54,021 nucleotides of DNA from Sphingomonadaceae bacterium (GTDB taxonomy: Bacteria; Pseudomonadota; Alphaproteobacteria; Sphingomonadales; Sphingomonadaceae): positions 1-54,021 of the forward strand of contig JANPKN010000262.1 of the NCBI GenBank assembly GCA_031426075.1, read 5' to 3'. The translations under genes and the position numbers were made by a program. Below, in pieces: positions 10,455 through 19,169 of the stretch. Below the pieces are notes generated by a model. That model ran no database searches and was not told the origin of the DNA. It saw nothing but the letters and a program-made list of their open reading frames with translations. Position 1 is the first letter of the stretch; the number at the start of each line of letters is the position of its first letter.

Positions 10455-11381
10455 CTAGCGCACCTTGGCGAGTTGCGCCGCCCGTGCATCGCGCATCTTC
10501 GCGAAGTCATCACCCGCATGGTAACTTGAGCGTGTCAGCGGGCTTGCTGCTACCAACAAAAATCCCTTGGCGCGTGCAATGGCTGCATATGCGTCAAAGG
10601 CGCTTGGCGTCACAAAATCCATGACCTTGGCATGCTTGGGCGTAGGCTGGAGATATTGGCCCATCGTTAGGAAATCGATGTCGGCGCTACGCATGTCGTC
10701 CATGACCTGATGCACCTCCATCCGTTCTTCGCCCAGCCCCAGCATGACACCGGACTTGGTAAAGATGGATGGATCATGACGTTTGACCGTCTCCAGCAAG
10801 CGCAGCGAGGCGTAATACCGCGCGCCGGGCCGAATGGTCGGGTAGAGACGGGGCACGGTTTCGAGATTGTGGTTGTATACATCGGGACGTGCGGTGACGA
10901 TCGCCTCAATCGCCGCCTGCGCCTTATTGCGGAAATCGGGAGTCAAAATCTCGATTGTGGTGTTCGGCGTGTTGCGACGCAGCGCTTCAATGACTTTCAC
11001 AAACTGGCTCGCCCCGCCGTCTGGCAAGTCATCACGATCCACAGATGTGATGACGATATGTTCAAGGCCCATCTTTCCGGCGGCAATCGCAACATGCTCT
11101 GGCTCAAGCGGATCAACGGCGCGGGGCATGCCCGTTTTCACGTTGCAAAAGGCACAGGCTCTGGTGCAGACGTCGCCCAGGATCATCACGGTGGCGTGCT
11201 TCTTGGTCCAGCACTCGCCAATATTCGGGCAAGCCGCCTCTTCACACACCGTGTTTAAATTGAGATCGCGCATCAATCGGCGAGTCTCGTTAAATCCAGC
11301 CCCAGTCGGCGCTTTGACCCTAATCCAGTCAGGTTTGCGTTCTCTGGCCGGACGGTCGGGCATGTTTATCGGTGCGTTCAT
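10455..11381 (-). CDS. lipA: Lipoyl synthase
   Basis: [12 protein letters not shown] and CTRACAFC clusters, RSSYHA; start probably ATG 11381. Confidence 0.96.
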   Translation of the reverse strand: MNAPINMPDRPARERKPDWIRVKAPTGAGFNETRRLMRDLNLNTVCEEAACPNIGECWTKKHATVMILGDVCTRACAFCNVKTGMPRAVDPLEPEHVAIAAGKMGLEHIVITSVDRDDLPDGGASQFVKVIEALRRNTPNTTIEILTPDFRNKAQAAIEAIVTARPDVYNHNLETVPRLYPTIRPGARYYASLRLLETVKRHDPSIFTKSGVMLGLGEERMEVHQVMDDMRSADIDFLTMGQYLQPTPKHAKVMDFVTPSAFDAYAAIARAKGFLLVAASPLTRSSYHAGDDFAKMRDARAAQLAKVR

Positions 11382-11462
11382 GATGCCCGAATAGACGCGG
11401 AGCGCCATCTTGCCAACTGCAACTTGCCTGCTATGGGTTGCAAAATCCGCAAAGGGGCCACG

Positions 11463-12416
11463 ATGATCGCAGATACCCTCACTTCGCCGGTGATCCTGTT
11501 TTTTGTACTTGGTTTTATTGCCGCAGCGCTGAAATCTGATCTATCCATCCCCGAGGCCTTCGCCAAAGCGATGTCCATCTATTTGATGGCGGCTATCGGT
11601 TTAAAGGGTGGCGTAGAAGTATCCAAAAGCGGCATTACGCCTGAAGTCATTATTGCGGCTGCCGCTGGCCTCGCATTAAGCTTTCTCTTGCCGGTCATTG
11701 CATTCGTATTGCTTCGCGGTGTCGGCAAATTGTCGAAAGTCGATGCTGGTGCGGTCGCAGCGCATTATGGGTCCGTAAGCGTTGTGACCTTTGTAACAGC
11801 AATTGAGTTGCTGACGGCCGAAGGTCTTAGTCCGGCTGGGTATATGGTTGCTGTGCTGGCTCTTATGGAAACGCCTGCAATCATTACTGGCCTCATGCTG
11901 GCGCGCAGGGGCGAGACAGGTTCAACCGAAGGCAATTCCACGCCCTGGCACGAGGTGCTCACCAACGCGTCAGTGATGTTATTGGTTGGCAGCTTTATCA
12001 TCGGGGCTATTGCAGGCAGCGACGGGTTCGCAGCGGTTAAACCGCTATTCGATACTGGCTTCCGCGGTGTGCTTTGCCTGTTCCTCCTCGATATGGGCCT
12101 AATCGCGGCCCGCCGCCTGATGCAATCGCGCAAGATGACGTTTCGTTTGGTTTTCCTCGCCATATTGTTGCCGCTGGTCAATGGCACGATTGGGACAGTA
12201 ATAGGCACAGTGATCGGCCTTGACGTCGCCTCGGCGGCGGCGCTTGGTATTTTGGCGGCAAGTGCGTCGTATATCGCCGTTCCCGCGGCAATGCGCCTTG
12301 CCCTTCCCCAAGCCGATCCTGGCATTTACCTCAGTATGTCACTCGGCGTGACCTTTCCTTTCAACATCATCTTCGGCATCAGCATCTTCGCCGCCTTAGC
12401 CAAAGCATTAGGATGA
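11463..12416 (+). CDS. sbtA: Sodium-dependent bicarbonate transporter family permease (SbtA-like)
   Basis: About 10 TM helices; [54 protein letters not shown]; RBS before ATG 11463. Confidence 0.88.
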   Translation: MIADTLTSPVILFFVLGFIAAALKSDLSIPEAFAKAMSIYLMAAIGLKGGVEVSKSGITPEVIIAAAAGLALSFLLPVIAFVLLRGVGKLSKVDAGAVAAHYGSVSVVTFVTAIELLTAEGLSPAGYMVAVLALMETPAIITGLMLARRGETGSTEGNSTPWHEVLTNASVMLLVGSFIIGAIAGSDGFAAVKPLFDTGFRGVLCLFLLDMGLIAARRLMQSRKMTFRLVFLAILLPLVNGTIGTVIGTVIGLDVASAAALGILAASASYIAVPAAMRLALPQADPGIYLSMSLGVTFPFNIIFGISIFAALAKALG

Positions 12417-12419
12417 CAT

Positions 12420-12731
12420 ATGGTTCAAACCGTCGCACGCAAACGTATTGAAATCTTGGTGGACACGCCGCTTGTCCCGCGTATCGTCAACCAGCTCAGG
12501 GCCGTGGATATTTCGGGGTGGAGCCTTATCCATGTCGATTCAGGCGGCGGACGTGCCGGTGAATGGCAACATGATGATGTTACTGGCGCCAGCGCAAAGA
12601 CCATCGTCCTTGCCATCGCGTCCGACACAAAAACGGCTCAGTTAATCGATGCAATTGCCCCCTTGTTGGATAGTTATGGAATGTTGCTGACTGTAGGCGA
12701 CGTTCAAGTTGTGAGAGGGGAGCGTTTCTGA
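12420..12731 (+). CDS. sbtB: P-II-like regulator (SbtB-like)
   Basis: 103 aa, KRIEILVD start, G-rich T-loop entry, C-terminal DVQVVRGERF; immediately after sbtA. Confidence 0.8.
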   Translation: MVQTVARKRIEILVDTPLVPRIVNQLRAVDISGWSLIHVDSGGGRAGEWQHDDVTGASAKTIVLAIASDTKTAQLIDAIAPLLDSYGMLLTVGDVQVVRGERF

Positions 12732-13354
12732 TGCCCGAATTTGCTGTTTTGGTTGAAGGGTATCAACGGTTCAAATCGGACGCCTATGTCCGGCAAAAGG
12801 CGCGTTATGATGCCCTCGCAAGCGATGGGCAGTCTCCGCCAATCATGATCATTTCTTGCTGCGACAGCCGGGTCGATCCTGCAACGGTTTTTGATACCAC
12901 CCCAGGTCAGGTTTTCGCCTTGCGCAATGTAGCCAACTTGGTTCCGCCATATGAAACGGGCGGTGGATTGCACGGGGTATCGGCTGCTATCGAATTTGGC
13001 GTATTGGGGCTTGAGGTGCGTCACATCGTCGTTCTCGGTCATGCGCAGTGCGGCGGTATTAAAGCATCACTTGAGGGCGGCGACCTCGGCCACGCGGGAT
13101 ATAGCTTTATCGATGGATGGGTAGATATTGTCCGCCCTGCCCGTGACAAGGTGCTGGCTTCAGATTCCCAAGACCCGCAACGCGATCTTGAGCTGGAGGC
13201 CATTCGCGTAAGCCTCGCCAACCTACGTAGTTTTCCCTTTATTGCGGCACGTGAACAATCAGGGCAGTTGAAATTGCACGGCGCCTATTTCGGCATTGCC
13301 GATGGTAATCTTTACGTTCTGAATGATGAGAACGACAGTTTTGAGGTACAATGA
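12731..13354 (+). CDS. Beta-class carbonic anhydrase
   Basis: CCDSRV, RNVANLVP, GHAQCGG zinc ligands; no signal peptide. Confidence 0.93.
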   Translation: MPEFAVLVEGYQRFKSDAYVRQKARYDALASDGQSPPIMIISCCDSRVDPATVFDTTPGQVFALRNVANLVPPYETGGGLHGVSAAIEFGVLGLEVRHIVVLGHAQCGGIKASLEGGDLGHAGYSFIDGWVDIVRPARDKVLASDSQDPQRDLELEAIRVSLANLRSFPFIAAREQSGQLKLHGAYFGIADGNLYVLNDENDSFEVQ

Positions 13355-13980
13355 ACGCGTTGAACAGCCTGCCCGCTTATTATGATGATCTTGAGTTAAG
13401 TTTTGAAGAAACATGGGGTCTTATTGGCGTTGGCATAACCAATCGTCATAGCCCGGCGCATATGCCGACCGTCGGTACAGTGGACGCGTCGGGCACACCA
13501 CAATTGCGGATCATGGTTCTGCGCGATGTATCGCGTGAAGCGCGCACAATCCGGTTTCATACGGACTCGCGTTCAATAAAAGCAGATCAACTTCGGCAAA
13601 ACCCCGCAACCAGCGTCCTGATCTATGACCATGCAGCGAAGATTCAAATCCGGCTGTCTGGAAAAACCTGTCTGATATCCAATGGAGACGTCGCTGATGC
13701 CGCGTGGTCCACGTCCACGCCCTTTGCGCGGCGATGCTATATGGCGGAGGTCGGTCCCGGCACGCCTATTGCAAAACCGTCGTCGGGGTTGCCTGAATGG
13801 ATACAGGGCAAGCAGCCGGAAGAGGAACACCTGACGGATTACCGTTCAAATTTTGCGGCTATGTTGGTGGAAATTGACACCATCGAATGGCTATATTTGG
13901 CGAATGTAGGGCACAGGCGCGCGCGCTGGCAATGGGATGCCGCGCAAAATTCATGGGCGGGTAGCTGGCTTGTCCCATAA
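13351..13980 (+). CDS. Pyridoxamine 5'-phosphate oxidase-like FMN-binding protein
   Basis: TVDASGTPQLRIMVLR, FHTDSRSIK, QIRLSG, C-terminal HRRA...WLVP; ATGA overlap with the CA stop. Confidence 0.8.
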   Translation: MNALNSLPAYYDDLELSFEETWGLIGVGITNRHSPAHMPTVGTVDASGTPQLRIMVLRDVSREARTIRFHTDSRSIKADQLRQNPATSVLIYDHAAKIQIRLSGKTCLISNGDVADAAWSTSTPFARRCYMAEVGPGTPIAKPSSGLPEWIQGKQPEEEHLTDYRSNFAAMLVEIDTIEWLYLANVGHRRARWQWDAAQNSWAGSWLVP

Positions 13981-14904
13981 GGCCGCACATTTCTCGATAT
14001 AGGCCTTAATCATAACCGCGTGCCGTCCAGCGGCGAGAGCGAGATCGATCTCCGCACGACTTTCAGCGTTCATATAAGCAATATCAGGGCGGTTCAGGAT
14101 GAGGTAGTTCGAAAGCGAACCGTCGCTTTTGCCAACCGCCTCGTGCCAAAAATGGACTCCCGATTGTGTCATACCCTTTCCACAAGCGGCATCATCTTCA
14201 GGCGGCTGACCGCTCCGCGCCAGAAATGCCGATAATGCAAGCGTGTCGGGATTCTCCATGTCCGCCGTAGGATTTGCCGCAAGCCTGCCATTTTCTCGCG
14301 CCTTGATGTCTCCCCGCGCAAAGGCCTTACGATCATAAATCGTAATATCACCTCGGCCCCCTGCTCCATCACCCGAAAAACCATGGCTGTTCGTGTGTAG
14401 CGCGATTATCGGCTGGTCCGGTTTCAACATATTCACGAATGCTGCGGTAAAAACAGGCGCCTGGGCGTCAAAATTGCGGTTAGGGTCACAACTGGTCACG
14501 CGTGCAGATTTGATTCCGCACACCCCTGCCCCGGATTGGAGACGCGCGCTTCCGGTGCCGGAATTAACGGATATCCCTGTGCCGCCGTATTTTTGGATCG
14601 CAGCAATCATGGCATCAAAGGCGGCGTTCTCGTCATCGTGCGGAACAACCCAATTGGGTCCATTTGGCCTCTCAGTGCTGGAAAACCGGATGAGGTGCCA
14701 GTCGAAGCCGTTTTCTGAAAAGCGCACTTCACTGATCTGGATACCGTCGAAAAAACCGTCCCGACTGATATTGCGCGCAATGTCATCGTCAATACTGACA
14801 AGAATGCTTTGATCGACATCGGACCAAGAAGCTGGCGGCGCTGCAGACACAGGAAGGCATGCAAATGCCGCAAAGGTCGCTATGGCCCGTATTAATGCTA
14901 TCAC
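13951..14904 (-). CDS. Secreted hypothetical protein with M14 zinc-carboxypeptidase-like motifs
   Basis: GTG 14904 overlaps the upstream stop (GTGA); signal peptide ending VSA; HDDE, DPNRNF, ALHTN, late YMNAE. Confidence 0.6.
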   Translation of the reverse strand: MIALIRAIATFAAFACLPVSAAPPASWSDVDQSILVSIDDDIARNISRDGFFDGIQISEVRFSENGFDWHLIRFSSTERPNGPNWVVPHDDENAAFDAMIAAIQKYGGTGISVNSGTGSARLQSGAGVCGIKSARVTSCDPNRNFDAQAPVFTAAFVNMLKPDQPIIALHTNSHGFSGDGAGGRGDITIYDRKAFARGDIKARENGRLAANPTADMENPDTLALSAFLARSGQPPEDDAACGKGMTQSGVHFWHEAVGKSDGSLSNYLILNRPDIAYMNAESRAEIDLALAAGRHAVMIKAYIEKCAALWDKPATRP

Positions 14905-15731
14905 GGCGCGGTTCTTAGGAAACGAACTGACGACATCGCTGCCGTGCATGTGAGCGGCAATAGCCGGTCTTCATATTCTCCATCAACCAAAATGCCGGTT
15001 TCGATCTGGTCACCAATAACAGTAGCGCTTTTCATCAGGCCTAATTCGTCGCGTGGTCCTTCGCGAAAATCATGTCGAAGCCAAGCCAGGCCGTGATTGA
15101 CCATGTCGCCAACGCTGTTGGCTTTAAACGCGAGGACGCTCATATTCTGACCATCATGTGGTTCGATGAAGATGCCAGCATAAGCCTCACGCTGGGCCCC
15201 ATCAAGCCAGACACCATCATCGCTCAGCGTTTCGGACCAGGCTTCCGGCACCGTTTCGCTTAGGCTGCTGATGTCGGCTTGCCGAATACCTTCCCGCACC
15301 TTGCCCCATCGCGTCGAGGGACCCACAGTCAAGCCAGTGAGAATTTCCGTGTCGCCGGTTTTGATGACTGGAATAGGCGATGCACATGAAGAAATATTAG
15401 GAAGCAAGTCGACGACTTCCGGCAAACTATGCTCTCCATGCAACCGCCTCGAAAGCAAATTCATTGTCCCGCCGGGTAGGACCAGAATGTCGCCATCCCA
15501 GCCGGCCAGATTGGCGCATAAGCTGCTGACGGTGCCATCGCCAGCACACACAGCGACTGTGTCAAATGCCGCTGCCTCTACAGCCGCACGCGATGGCAGG
15601 TCTTCTTCCGGCAACGAAACGCGGGTAATAATCCGAAACCCGCCCGCCTCAAACGCAGCGGCAAGCACATCCTCGTCAACCGAATTTGCGTTGCCGCTGT
15701 TGCTGTTGATGACGAGGAGTGTGCGTTTCAT
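14901..15731 (-). CDS. Diacylglycerol/lipid kinase family protein (YegS/DAGK-like)
   Basis: INSNSG, AGDGT, LPGGTMNLLSR, VDGE motifs. Confidence 0.8.
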   Translation of the reverse strand: MKRTLLVINSNSGNANSVDEDVLAAAFEAGGFRIITRVSLPEEDLPSRAAVEAAAFDTVAVCAGDGTVSSLCANLAGWDGDILVLPGGTMNLLSRRLHGEHSLPEVVDLLPNISSCASPIPVIKTGDTEILTGLTVGPSTRWGKVREGIRQADISSLSETVPEAWSETLSDDGVWLDGAQREAYAGIFIEPHDGQNMSVLAFKANSVGDMVNHGLAWLRHDFREGPRDELGLMKSATVIGDQIETGILVDGEYEDRLLPLTCTAAMSSVRFLRTAP

Positions 15732-15738
15732 GCCATCA

Positions 15739-17418
15739 TCAACGCGTCATCTTCTTATATGTTGCACGATGCGGACGCGTTGCCTCGTCACCGAGACGGG
15801 CAATCTTGTCTTCTTCGTATGATTCAAAGTTGCCTTCAAACCACTCAACATGGCTGTCGCCTTCGAAGGCCAAGATGTGCGTGGCCAAACGGTCAAGGAA
15901 GAAGCGGTCATGGCTGATGACCACCGCGCAACCGGCGAAGCTTTCAAGGGCCTCTTCAAGAGCGGACAAGGTTTCGACGTCGAGATCGTTCGTCGGTTCA
16001 TCGAGCAGAAGCACGTTGCCGCCTTCTTTAAGCATTTTCGCCATGTGCACGCGGTTGCGCTCACCGCCGGACAGCAGGCCAACCTTTTTCTGCTGGTCCG
16101 TGCCCTTGAAGTTAAACGCGCCAACATACGCGCGGGTGGGCGTTTCATGCTTGCCAAGCTTCATGAAATCCGCGCCACCGGAAATTTCTTCCCAGACGTT
16201 CTTGTTGGGGTCTAGTTCATCACGGCTCTGATCCACGAAACCAAGCTTTACGGTTTCACCAATTTCCACTTCGCCAGAGTCAGGCACTTCCTGCCCGGTG
16301 ATCAAGCGGAACAAAGTCGATTTACCTGCGCCGTTCGGTCCAATAACGCCAACGATGCCGCCCTGCGGAATGGTGAAGGACAAGTTTTCGAACAACAACT
16401 TGTCGCCATATGCCTTAGTTACATTCTTGACCTCGATAACCTTGCTACCAAGGCGTTCTGGAATTTGAATGACGATTTGCGCTTTGCCGGGCGTGCGGTT
16501 TTCCTGTGCCTCAACCAATTGGTCGAAGGATTTGATACGCGCCTTTGATTTTGTCTGCCGCGCCTTGGGGCTTTGCCGGATCCAGTCCAACTCGTCCCTG
16601 ATAGCCTTCTGTCGGCCAGCATCTTCGCGCGATTCCTGCTCGAGGCGCTTGCCCTTCTTTTCCAGATAGGTCGAATAATTGCCTTCGTAGACAAAATAGC
16701 GGCCACGATCGAGTTCGAGGATCCAGCTCACAACATTGTCGAGGAAGTAGCGATCGTGGGTTACCAGGATCACGTTGCCCTTATAATCCACGAGATGCTT
16801 TTCCAGCCATGCCACCGATTCCGCATCAAGGTGGTTGGTAGGTTCGTCGAGCAGAAGAATGTCGGGCTTTTCAAGCAACAAACGCGTAAGCGCAATACGG
16901 CGTTTCTCACCGCCTGACAGGCTCGTAACGGGGCTGTCACCCGGTGGGCAACGCAGCGCGTCCATGGCAAGCTCAAGCTGGCTGTCAAGCGACCAGCCAT
17001 CAACGGCGTCAATCTTTTCCTGAAGCGTGCCCATTTCTTCCATCAGCGCATCAAAATCCGCGTCTTCAGGCGGATCGCCCATAATGGTCGAAATCTCATT
17101 GAAACGGTCAACAAGGTCGGCCACCGGACGCACGCCGTCCATGACGTTTTCGCGCACAGTTTTGTTCGGGTCTAGCTCAGGCTCCTGCGCTAGATAGCCC
17201 ACGCGGATGTGCTCGCCTGGCCATGCTTCGCCGGTGAACTCGGTATCCATGCCAGCCATGATTTTCATCAGGGTGGATTTACCCGTACCGTTCGGTCCAA
17301 CGATACCAATCTTTGCATCCGGGTAGAATTGAAGATTGATATTGTTGAGAACCGGCTTGCTCGCGCCGGGGAAGGTCTTCGTCATTCCCTTCATTACGTA
17401 GCTATATTGGGCTGCCAT
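15739..17418 (-). CDS. ettA: Energy-dependent translational throttle EttA (ABC-F)
   Basis: Two ABC ATPase domains, KIGIVGPNGTGKSTL, linker ELDWIRQSPKARQTKSKAR, 559 aa. Confidence 0.95.
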   Translation of the reverse strand: MAAQYSYVMKGMTKTFPGASKPVLNNINLQFYPDAKIGIVGPNGTGKSTLMKIMAGMDTEFTGEAWPGEHIRVGYLAQEPELDPNKTVRENVMDGVRPVADLVDRFNEISTIMGDPPEDADFDALMEEMGTLQEKIDAVDGWSLDSQLELAMDALRCPPGDSPVTSLSGGEKRRIALTRLLLEKPDILLLDEPTNHLDAESVAWLEKHLVDYKGNVILVTHDRYFLDNVVSWILELDRGRYFVYEGNYSTYLEKKGKRLEQESREDAGRQKAIRDELDWIRQSPKARQTKSKARIKSFDQLVEAQENRTPGKAQIVIQIPERLGSKVIEVKNVTKAYGDKLLFENLSFTIPQGGIVGVIGPNGAGKSTLFRLITGQEVPDSGEVEIGETVKLGFVDQSRDELDPNKNVWEEISGGADFMKLGKHETPTRAYVGAFNFKGTDQQKKVGLLSGGERNRVHMAKMLKEGGNVLLLDEPTNDLDVETLSALEEALESFAGCAVVISHDRFFLDRLATHILAFEGDSHVEWFEGNFESYEEDKIARLGDEATRPHRATYKKMTR

Positions 17419-17531
17419 GGGGATTAGTTCCTGTGTTGCATTTCTTTGATTTGGCCGCTTCCCTAGCTATCTGCACGTTTCCTCGCAAGGCGGGATTGCA
17501 AAACTGTGTGATGGGATTAAGCCTGCGCGCC

Positions 17532-18929
17532 ATGAAGAAAAACATCGCTCTGTTCGCCGCAGCTTCAACGCTGTTCCTCACATCGTCAATCGCCTTCGCC
17601 GCGCCAACACGTTTCAAGGCAGCTTCTATCGCTGATGTACGCGACAAGGCGCTTCAATCCGACGAGCTTGCTTATGATATTACAGAGGGCCTGACGACAG
17701 AGATCGGCCCGCGGCAGGCAGGCACTGAGGCCGAAGCGCGCGCGCGGGTTTGGGCTGTAAATAAACTGAAAGCGCTCGGTTTCGACAATGTCCGGGTTGA
17801 AGAATATCAGATGCCCACATGGGTCCGTGGCGAAGAGACTGCCCAAGTCACCGCGCCATTTCCGCAAAAGCTGGCAGTTGCTGCGCTCGGCAACAGCGGC
17901 AGCACTGGCGAAGCCGGGCTTGATGCGGAAATCGTCTATTTCCCGACCATTGATGACCTGCGCGCTGCACCCGACGGCAGCTTGAAAGGGAAGATCGCCT
18001 TTGTCAGCCACAATATGAAAGCAACGCAGGACGGCAGCAGCTATGGCGCATTTGGCCCTGCTCGCTTTGTTGGCCCAAATATCGCCGCCAAGAAAGGCGC
18101 GGCGGCCATTGTCAGTCGCTCGATCGGCACCGACTATCACCGAAATCCACACACCGGGAACACAAATTTTGAGCCCGGTGTCACGTCCATTCCTGCGGGC
18201 GCATTGTCGATTCCCGACGCCGAAAACCTCGAACGCATGATTGCGCGCGGCAAGCCAGTGCGCATGAAGTTAAAGCTGACCCCGCAGAATATCGGCATGC
18301 AGACGTCGGGTAATGTGCTGGCAGAAGTAAAGGGTTCGAACCCAAGCCTGCCCATCATCGTTATTGCTTGCCATCTGGACAGCTGGGACCTTGGCACCGG
18401 CGCGATTGATGACGCGGCGGGTTGCGGCGTCATTGGCGCAGCGGCAAAGCATCTGAAATCGATGGGGCAGCCAAAGCGCACTGTGCGTTTGCTTTGGGCT
18501 GGCGCTGAAGAAGTTGGCATTTGGGGTGGCCGGGATTACGGCACGAAACATGCCAGCGAACCGCATGCCCTGGCGATGGAATCCGATTTTGGCGCAGGCA
18601 AGATTTGGGCGGTCGATTTCCGCCTTCCCGAAAGCGCCGCAGCCTTGCGGTCGCAGATTATATCAGCGCTTGCGCCATTAGGCGTTGTGCCTCGCCGCGA
18701 ACTTGCTGGCGGCGGCGCAGATGTCGGCGCAATCATCGCTGCACAAAAACTTGGCATTGTGGATTTGCAGCAGGACGGCACCAAATATTTCAATCTGCAC
18801 CACACCCCCGATGATACTTTGGACAAGGTCGATAAGGCCGAACTTCGTCAGAATGTCGCCGCATGGGTTTCGACGCTCGCCTTGTTGGCAAATTATGAAG
18901 GTGAGTTGAAACCGGAGGCGGCGCAATGA
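17532..18929 (+). CDS. Secreted M28 family metallopeptidase with PA domain (carboxypeptidase Q-like)
   Basis: Signal peptide ending AFA; HLDSWD, GAIDDAAG, AEEVG, HHTPDDT; start ATG 17532. Confidence 0.88.
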   Translation: MKKNIALFAAASTLFLTSSIAFAAPTRFKAASIADVRDKALQSDELAYDITEGLTTEIGPRQAGTEAEARARVWAVNKLKALGFDNVRVEEYQMPTWVRGEETAQVTAPFPQKLAVAALGNSGSTGEAGLDAEIVYFPTIDDLRAAPDGSLKGKIAFVSHNMKATQDGSSYGAFGPARFVGPNIAAKKGAAAIVSRSIGTDYHRNPHTGNTNFEPGVTSIPAGALSIPDAENLERMIARGKPVRMKLKLTPQNIGMQTSGNVLAEVKGSNPSLPIIVIACHLDSWDLGTGAIDDAAGCGVIGAAAKHLKSMGQPKRTVRLLWAGAEEVGIWGGRDYGTKHASEPHALAMESDFGAGKIWAVDFRLPESAAALRSQIISALAPLGVVPRRELAGGGADVGAIIAAQKLGIVDLQQDGTKYFNLHHTPDDTLDKVDKAELRQNVAAWVSTLALLANYEGELKPEAAQ

Positions 18930-19168
18930 AACACGGCTTGTTCTTGGCCTTGGCGCTATTTCTGGTTGCAGCATGTGATAAAACCCCTGCGACCACGGAC
19001 TCCACATCGGCAACAGGCGACAACCCCGCTGCAACGCAACAAGAGGCGTTGGCCAAACAGAAGCTGACGATTGAACAAGCTGCCGAAGAAGCGACCAAAT
19101 TGATCGAGGCGGACGCAAAGGGCGAAATTGACGCAGCGATGCCAGTCGCAGCCGAACCCACGCAATAA
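18926..19168 (+). CDS. Small lipoprotein
   Basis: Lipobox VAAC at residue 17; ATGA overlap with the peptidase stop. Confidence 0.7.
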   Translation: MKHGLFLALALFLVAACDKTPATTDSTSATGDNPAATQQEALAKQKLTIEQAAEEATKLIEADAKGEIDAAMPVAAEPTQ

Positions 19169-19169
19169 G

